A DNA stretch of 31,464 nt from a virus (lineage: Duplodnaviria; Caudoviricetes): IMG/VR virus record IMGVR_UViG_3300020045_001854, positions 1 to 31,464 of that record; one strand, given 5' to 3'. Numbering within the stretch: position 1 is the first letter of the stretch; each line of letters starts with the position of its first letter. Of the stretch, positions 26,373-31,464 are shown piece by piece. The position numbers and the translations under genes are program-made. The notes under the pieces were generated by a model, which did not search any database, had not been told where the DNA came from, and saw only the letters and a program-made list of their open reading frames with translations.

Positions 26373-27387
26373 CTCAGAAATAGAGAGAGATCACACAAAT
26401 CTCTCCCCACAAACGAAAGCGAATCCTGATCAAGTTATATCAGAGGTCGCAAACAATGTCAATCAAGACAAGATAAATACTGTATGTCGAGTAGTGCATA
26501 ACAGAGAAAATCCCTTTGTTCAACTTAATAAGAAAGCACTATGGGATACTAATCTTTCTTTGAAGGCTGTCGGATTATGGGCTCGCTGCCTATCTCGTCC
26601 AGATAACTGGACATTCTCTATTGCTGAACTTGTTAAGCACTGCAAAGAAGGAAGACGATCCATAGATGCAGCCATGAAAGAGCTTATAGATTCCGGTTAT
26701 GTTTGCCGAATCGAGTATCATGAAAAAGATACTCAAGGGAAGTTCGTTCCAGGCAGAGGAGGAGTTCAATATATCTTCTTCGAGTTTGCGGCGACTGAGG
26801 AAGAAAAGCAAGAACAACTAGACATATTCAAGAAAAGTTTCCAGCATTGCGGTTTCGGCGATAGCCGTTTCGGCAATAGCCGAAATGCACACCTACTAAT
26901 AAAGAGTACTAAAGAAACAGACTCTAAGGAAATAGAGAACTCCTCCTTAAAGGTTACAGCTGAAGATCAAGCGCCTAGCGGCGCCATGCCAGCTAAAGCT
27001 GGCGAGAAGAAGAAAGACTTCACTCCAGAAGTCATAGCTGTAGCTGCTGAGATGAATGCAATACTCAAGACTCATGAGCCTGACTATTCCCCTCCAGCGA
27101 ATCTCGCTCCGTTCCGAGCGCAGGTAGACTTCATGCTGCGGATAGACAAACGCGAAGCGCAGAAGATCTATGACGTCTTGAATTGGGCTCTCTCGGACTC
27201 CTTCTGGAGATCTCATCTATACAAGCCAAATCCGGCTAAATATCTCCGAGAGAAGTTTATGCAGCTGAAGGTGAAGATGGAAACTAAACCTCCAGAAAGA
27301 AAAATTGATCGTAAAGGATTTGCTCCATGTTCTGACGACGCAAAAGCTATAGAAGAAATGAAAGAAATGGGGAGAAGAGCACTATGA
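26359..27387 (+). CDS. Phage replication initiator (N-terminal HTH)
   Basis: LSLKAVGLW..LSRPDNW..MKELIDSGYV and C-terminal DSFW..PAKYLREKF; directly upstream of DnaC-like gene; start uncertain. Confidence 0.8.
   Translation: MTNNDSEIERDHTNLSPQTKANPDQVISEVANNVNQDKINTVCRVVHNRENPFVQLNKKALWDTNLSLKAVGLWARCLSRPDNWTFSIAELVKHCKEGRRSIDAAMKELIDSGYVCRIEYHEKDTQGKFVPGRGGVQYIFFEFAATEEEKQEQLDIFKKSFQHCGFGDSRFGNSRNAHLLIKSTKETDSKEIENSSLKVTAEDQAPSGAMPAKAGEKKKDFTPEVIAVAAEMNAILKTHEPDYSPPANLAPFRAQVDFMLRIDKREAQKIYDVLNWALSDSFWRSHLYKPNPAKYLREKFMQLKVKMETKPPERKIDRKGFAPCSDDAKAIEEMKEMGRRAL
26376..26428 (-). ncRNA. Candidate ~50-nt antisense RNA ending in a terminator-like hairpin
   Basis: Follows the promoter; 11-bp stem UGGGGAGAGAU/AUCUCUCUCUA (26409-26381) then UUUCU. 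Confidence 0.45.
26434..26462 (-). promoter_or_regulatory. Near-consensus antisense sigma70-type promoter
   Basis: TTGACA-N17-TATAAC with TG before the -10 box. Confidence 0.65.
26837..26885 (+). repeat. Three tandem 15-bp iteron-like repeats, candidate replication origin
   Basis: gtttccagcattgcg / gtttcggcgatagcc / gtttcggcaatagcc inside the initiator gene; dyad tttcggc-aata-gccgaaa. Confidence 0.5.
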
Positions 27388-28226
27388 AACTAATGTCATC
27401 AATATGTGATAAAGAATTAGTCCAAATTAACATCCCAGATAAAGAATATAGATGTGATTATATCTTTGGTCCTTGGGGTTATAGTAAATTAAATGAGACT
27501 ATAATCTCTACCAAACACAAATGCGAATATTGTGAAAAGTCTGAGCATTTCTGTCCCGTCATAGACCCTGCTGTCTCGGACGCTAGAGCATGGCTTTGTG
27601 CAAACCAGCTTTGCGTGGTCAACAGCGCAAAAAAAGGAGTCAAGGCTACCACCATACAGACCCCTACGCGACGAGCGCTAGAATGGCACGTATTTTGCGA
27701 ATTAAACACCATTGGCGATATCCATTATAACGTTCGGTTTGAATCCATCCAACAATCCGAAGGTAAGATTGAATATTTAAAGAAGTATGTCGTTAAACCT
27801 AATGAAATTCTTCTTATGCAAGGTGAGCCAGGTACTGGAAAGACTTACGCATCAATGGCTGTCTGTGAGAAATTTACGCGTACTAATACTTCATGTTTAT
27901 TCATTACTCAGAAGCAACTCTTTAACTCATGGCAAGAAACTTTCAAAGCCGGAAACTCTAGCAATATCGTTAATCAAGTGCTAACAGTTAAACTTCTTGT
28001 TATCGATGATTTTGGAATCAAAGATAACTCTGCTTCTTTCATGGATTTTTTCATGGAAATTATCAACACTCGCATGCAGTGGACAGATCGGGGCACTATC
28101 ATCACCACTAACCTGACCGATGAAGTGTTGGCTCAATTTTGTGGTCGAGCATTAACTGATCGTATCCTTACAGGACAACAATTTAAGTTTCCTCCTGGAA
28201 GTCGAAGAAAAAATCCGGTGTTATGA
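27384..28226 (+). CDS. DnaC/IstB-like AAA+ helicase loader
   Basis: Walker A GEPGTGKT, Walker B LLVIDD, TIITTN, DRI; Cys-rich N-terminus. Confidence 0.9.
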   Translation: MKLMSSICDKELVQINIPDKEYRCDYIFGPWGYSKLNETIISTKHKCEYCEKSEHFCPVIDPAVSDARAWLCANQLCVVNSAKKGVKATTIQTPTRRALEWHVFCELNTIGDIHYNVRFESIQQSEGKIEYLKKYVVKPNEILLMQGEPGTGKTYASMAVCEKFTRTNTSCLFITQKQLFNSWQETFKAGNSSNIVNQVLTVKLLVIDDFGIKDNSASFMDFFMEIINTRMQWTDRGTIITTNLTDEVLAQFCGRALTDRILTGQQFKFPPGSRRKNPVL

Positions 28227-28453
28227 TAAAAAACAAAGAATGCAAGATATGCAATAAGTCTTTCGAAATGAAGATGAAAACAGAAATGTACTGTCCTGGG
28301 TGTAGGGATTATAAGAATGTACACAAATCCAACCAGAATTGGTTAGAAAGAGTTAAGAAACCAAAAACAAAGAAAGGAAGAAGTTCCAATGAGATTGGAT
28401 ACTTGTTCTTTAAAAACAACAGCACAGTTAAAACCAATGTTTATAGAGGATAA
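28223..28453 (+). CDS. Small zinc-finger protein
   Basis: CKIC..F..YCPGC; ATGA overlap. Confidence 0.7.
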   Translation: MIKNKECKICNKSFEMKMKTEMYCPGCRDYKNVHKSNQNWLERVKKPKTKKGRSSNEIGYLFFKNNSTVKTNVYRG

Positions 28454-28456
28454 AAT

Positions 28457-28774
28457 ATGTCATCATTCAAATTTGTTAGCAGTGAAGCATTTCCTGAAGA
28501 TCAATACACAAAAGAAATCGTTTTCTTAGAGATAGATGCTCCTGCAAGAGTTGCTTTCATCCGAAAGACAGCTAAAAACGGAGGAAGCTTTTGGTCTGTT
28601 GCAAGTATAGGAGTTTCACAAAATGGAAAGAAAGAGTATTTCCCAAGTTATGCACAAGACAGCTCTTTCTTAGCCGGAGACATCAAAGACTTTCTAGATA
28701 AGAGAAAGTGGGAAACGCAGAAGACTCAAATACAACAAAAAGCTCCTGCACAAGACATACAGTTTCCATTCTGA
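28457..28774 (+). CDS. Possible ssDNA-binding protein (SpoVG-like core, PF tail)
   Basis: KNGGSFWSVAS..GKKEY core; Q-rich linker ending DIQFPF. Confidence 0.45.
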   Translation: MSSFKFVSSEAFPEDQYTKEIVFLEIDAPARVAFIRKTAKNGGSFWSVASIGVSQNGKKEYFPSYAQDSSFLAGDIKDFLDKRKWETQKTQIQQKAPAQDIQFPF

Positions 28775-29061
28775 TGGATGAGGAATTCAAAGAGCATATA
28801 CTTCGGAAGTATCACGAAGATGTCGAATGGCTAAAGAGATGTGTAAGCCCGGATGATATCTATGATTTTGCTGAGCAAGCATTGATAGCTGCTACATTCT
28901 TCTTATCTCGATGGGATGAGTGGGTAGATATCAATGAAGAAGCAGAAAATGATAGAGCTACGTCTGCATGGATAAGGAACATTCTCGGCATACGAATGAT
29001 GAGAGAGAATGGCTATGAAGGTCCCATAGAGTTTCGTTTTAATGAACCAGAGGAACTATGA
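28774..29061 (+). CDS. Acidic hypothetical protein
   Basis: TGATG coupling at 28772-28776. Confidence 0.7.
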   Translation: MDEEFKEHILRKYHEDVEWLKRCVSPDDIYDFAEQALIAATFFLSRWDEWVDINEEAENDRATSAWIRNILGIRMMRENGYEGPIEFRFNEPEEL

Positions 29062-29648
29062 AGATCATCATTCCAGGTATCCCTGTTCCTCAAGCTAGGA
29101 TGAAGCATTCAAACATACGAGGATTTGTAACAACTTACGATCCCAAGGCGAAAGAGAAAAAACTTATCAGGCATCTTCTTCAGTCTAACATTACAACTAA
29201 TGTATTCGAATTCCCTAGAATCTCATTCCTTTTTCATATGCCTATACCCAAAAGCATAAGAAAAAGGGATGTAGATCTTTATAACTCTGGTAAGCTAAAG
29301 CATGATAAGAAGCCTGATGTTGATAATCTCATAAAGCTTTATCTCGATTGCTTAGATGGCATCGTCATCCATGGAGATCAAAAGGTATCTCTTGGCCCTT
29401 GTATCAAGGTGTACCATCCAGAGCCAAAGACGGTTCTCTGGATCTCAGAAACGGATGCGGTGCTGAACCCTTGGGAATTGGACGGTGTATTCCTAGACGA
29501 GAAAGAATGCGATGTACCGTCATTTTCTGAACAGGATTTCCCTCACGGTTCGTATAACCTCTTTTCTCAAGTTCTCTCTCTATCTCTCCAAAAGTATAAC
29601 CCTGGGTGTATAGTTCCTTCATCAAATTCACCTGTTCTTCCTCTTTAG
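29058..29648 (+). CDS. rusA: RusA-family Holliday junction resolvase
   Basis: IPGIPVPQAR, KPDVDNLIKLYLDCLDGIVIHGDQKV motif. Confidence 0.9.
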   Translation: MKIIIPGIPVPQARMKHSNIRGFVTTYDPKAKEKKLIRHLLQSNITTNVFEFPRISFLFHMPIPKSIRKRDVDLYNSGKLKHDKKPDVDNLIKLYLDCLDGIVIHGDQKVSLGPCIKVYHPEPKTVLWISETDAVLNPWELDGVFLDEKECDVPSFSEQDFPHGSYNLFSQVLSLSLQKYNPGCIVPSSNSPVLPL

Positions 29649-30183
29649 AATCTGGAATTAAAAGATAAGGCTTTCCATATGATCGACAGTTTTCTCGATG
29701 TGTTTGCAGCTTTTCTTCATCGGTTTTATATCCATACCAACACGTTCCTACTTTATGCATCTGAGCTTGTTTACTTTTTAATCCCGCTTTTGTGTTATTG
29801 CTTATGGTATCTCTAGCCATCTCACCCATCATTGCGTAGATATGAATGAAGTTCTTGTCTACCTTTGGTTGGCCTAAAGAATGCAGAATCACTTTCTTAT
29901 TTGTTATCTGCTCTTCATAGATCTTCACTAACTCAGTTCCCGTACGAGCAATACGGGTTAGACAGAATACAACAAGATTGTCACCAGACTTTAGAAATTC
30001 CAACATAGCTTTAAGTACAGGTCTCTTATCCATCTTAAGTCTTGTTGAAGTAGGAGGCTCATTGAACTCTACGACTTCATCGCTTGGCTGTTTGATCTTC
30101 TCAATGTATTCTCTACACATGAATAGCTGACTCTCATCCAACTGCTGATTGCTTGAGACTCGACTGAATATTACGTATCTCAT
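29404..30183 (-). CDS. Serine recombinase (resolvase domain plus short recombinase domain)
   Basis: FSRVSS catalytic motif, RPVLKAML..SGDNLVV..RIAR, YGYK, ELEKRGYTNREG. Confidence 0.88.
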   Translation of the reverse strand: MRYVIFSRVSSNQQLDESQLFMCREYIEKIKQPSDEVVEFNEPPTSTRLKMDKRPVLKAMLEFLKSGDNLVVFCLTRIARTGTELVKIYEEQITNKKVILHSLGQPKVDKNFIHIYAMMGEMARDTISNNTKAGLKSKQAQMHKVGTCWYGYKTDEEKLQTHRENCRSYGKPYLLIPDSKEEEQVNLMKELYTQGYTFGEIERELEKRGYTNREGNPVQKMTVHRILSRLGIHRPIPKGSAPHPFLRSREPSLALDGTP

Positions 30184-30509
30184 TTCTCTACCTTGGTCTT
30201 CTTTGTAAGTTTTCTCGCTAATGTGATCTCTCTTTTCTTTAGCTTATCAATCATACTGTGTTCATTAAAATCATCAGGAACCAATTCTAATACAGAGGAC
30301 AGTTGTTCCATATACAATTTTATATCCCTTCTTAGATCCCATATTATAGTATTAGCCCTACAAGAAAGATCGTCTGGTAAGATACCAATCTCTACGGCTT
30401 TGATATGAAAACTTTCTAGTGTTTTAAGTGAAAGTATCCCCTCAAGAAGTGATTGTGCATAATCTTCAAGAGTCTTTAAACTTTTGCTGTCTACATACGT
30501 AAGATCCAC
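30180..30509 (-). CDS. Hypothetical helical protein, 109 aa
   Basis: ATGA overlap with the recombinase start. Confidence 0.65.
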   Translation of the reverse strand: MDLTYVDSKSLKTLEDYAQSLLEGILSLKTLESFHIKAVEIGILPDDLSCRANTIIWDLRRDIKLYMEQLSSVLELVPDDFNEHSMIDKLKKREITLARKLTKKTKVEK

Positions 30510-30675
30510 TTTTTGCCCTCAGTTCTTTTAGTTCTTTGATATACAAACGAGAAGGAATAACCTTTCCATTTTCCCATCTATTAACACTCACAACAGTTGT
30601 TCCTAATAGTTGTGCAAACTTCTCTTGCGATACGCATAACTTCTTTCTTAACGCCGTTATCTCATCAGGAGTCAT
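30466..30675 (-). CDS. XRE-family helix-turn-helix regulator
   Basis: ITALRKKLCVSQEKFAQLLGTTVVSVNRWENGKVIP. Confidence 0.9.
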   Translation of the reverse strand: MTPDEITALRKKLCVSQEKFAQLLGTTVVSVNRWENGKVIPSRLYIKELKELRAKSGSYVCRQQKFKDS

Positions 30676-30986
30676 CTTCCCTCACTTAGTTTTTTGAAGA
30701 GCTGTGAAGCTCTAGTCCTTCTGAATTCTGTATCTATCTTTGGCCTTTCTCCTTCACTGTTGAAGCAATTGCCAAGATCTATCAATGACCATTTGCATAA
30801 TTCAATAGTCTGGCCTTTGATGAGGCAATCAATCTCATTCTCATCATTGGGGTTTAATGCAAAGATGTAACATGCCCAATCAGATAGTGGGTCTATGAAC
30901 TTTATCTCTGCATAACAATTCAAAGCATCAGCCTTCTCACCCCAATTGCCTTTCAACACCTCTTTAATCTTATCACTCAAATGCAT
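30672..30986 (-). CDS. DUF2958-like protein
   Basis: IKFIDPLSDWACY..P..CLIKG..ELCKWSLIDL..ID..F resembles the DUF2958 pattern as I recall it. Confidence 0.5.
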   Translation of the reverse strand: MHLSDKIKEVLKGNWGEKADALNCYAEIKFIDPLSDWACYIFALNPNDENEIDCLIKGQTIELCKWSLIDLGNCFNSEGERPKIDTEFRRTRASQLFKKLSEGR

Positions 30987-31350
30987 GATAATCCAAATCC
31001 CCTCAAAACAGCTTGTGTTTTATTATTAGCATACATATGTTTGCGAAAGCCCATGCATTCTCTATTTTTCCAACAGAGAGGGTTAAACACCCTCTCAATT
31101 CTTCATCCATTAACTTGTATACAACACTATATCATGAGATATGTATTATATTCAACAGCTTTCTTTTCACAGAGGAGAAAATCACTTTTCAAATATTGAT
31201 TTGACACAAAATCACCATATATGGCATGATAACGTATAATCAGTCTTGAACACAGCCATCGGTCTGCTCAAGACCCATGGTTAATATTAAAGGGGCGTTG
31301 CCCCTTAAACCCCAATCTCGCAAAGCTCGATGAGATGAAGTTAGGAATTA

Positions 31351-31464
31351 ATGCCTTATCCATATCAAGTCAAAAAACTAGACGAATATTTTGAAACCAA
31401 GCAGTCAAAAATGAATTTTAAAACCATTGAAACAAACCCTGATATGAGCAACAAAAAAAGATTA
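31351..31464 (+). CDS. Possible 5' fragment of a gene running off the window
   Basis: AGGA then ATG, open to the end (MPYPYQVKKLDEYF...). Confidence 0.3.
   Translation, partial: MPYPYQVKKLDEYFETKQSKMNFKTIETNPDMSNKKRL

Larger units (their letters stand above)
1..31464. mobile_element. Tailed dsDNA phage/prophage (podovirus-like), partial genome
   Basis: Terminase-portal-scaffold-capsid-nozzle-ejection-fibre order, no tape measure or sheath gene, plus ERF, DnaC-like, RusA, serine recombinase and XRE genes; no att sites or host genes seen. Confidence 0.95.

Noticed and set aside
30981-31204. 72-aa and 63-aa plus-strand ORFs
   Set aside because: No RBS or motif; lie in an AT-rich probable regulatory region

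Overview
The whole window is an AT-rich, probably temperate, short-tailed (podovirus-like) phage or prophage genome segment with no recognisable host housekeeping genes. Left to right: HNH fragment, large terminase, portal, scaffold, major capsid, head/tail connector and nozzle genes, three probable ejection proteins, an antisense two-gene membrane cassette, a cluster of fibre-like genes with an embedded glycosyltransferase, a leftward recombination operon (ERF plus PD-(D/E)XK nuclease), a rightward replication operon (initiator, DnaC-like loader, RusA) and a leftward serine recombinase/XRE cassette. The best non-routine signal is RNA-level control of the replication operon: a leader at 25400-25539 that can fold in two mutually exclusive ways (freeing or burying the RBS and AUG), overlapped by a candidate antisense RNA, plus a second candidate antisense RNA with a near-consensus promoter at the 5' end of the initiator gene. 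No endolysin or small terminase was recognised. Bases 1-121 exactly duplicate part of the terminase gene and may be an assembly artefact. All protein calls come from motif reading and gene order, not database searches.
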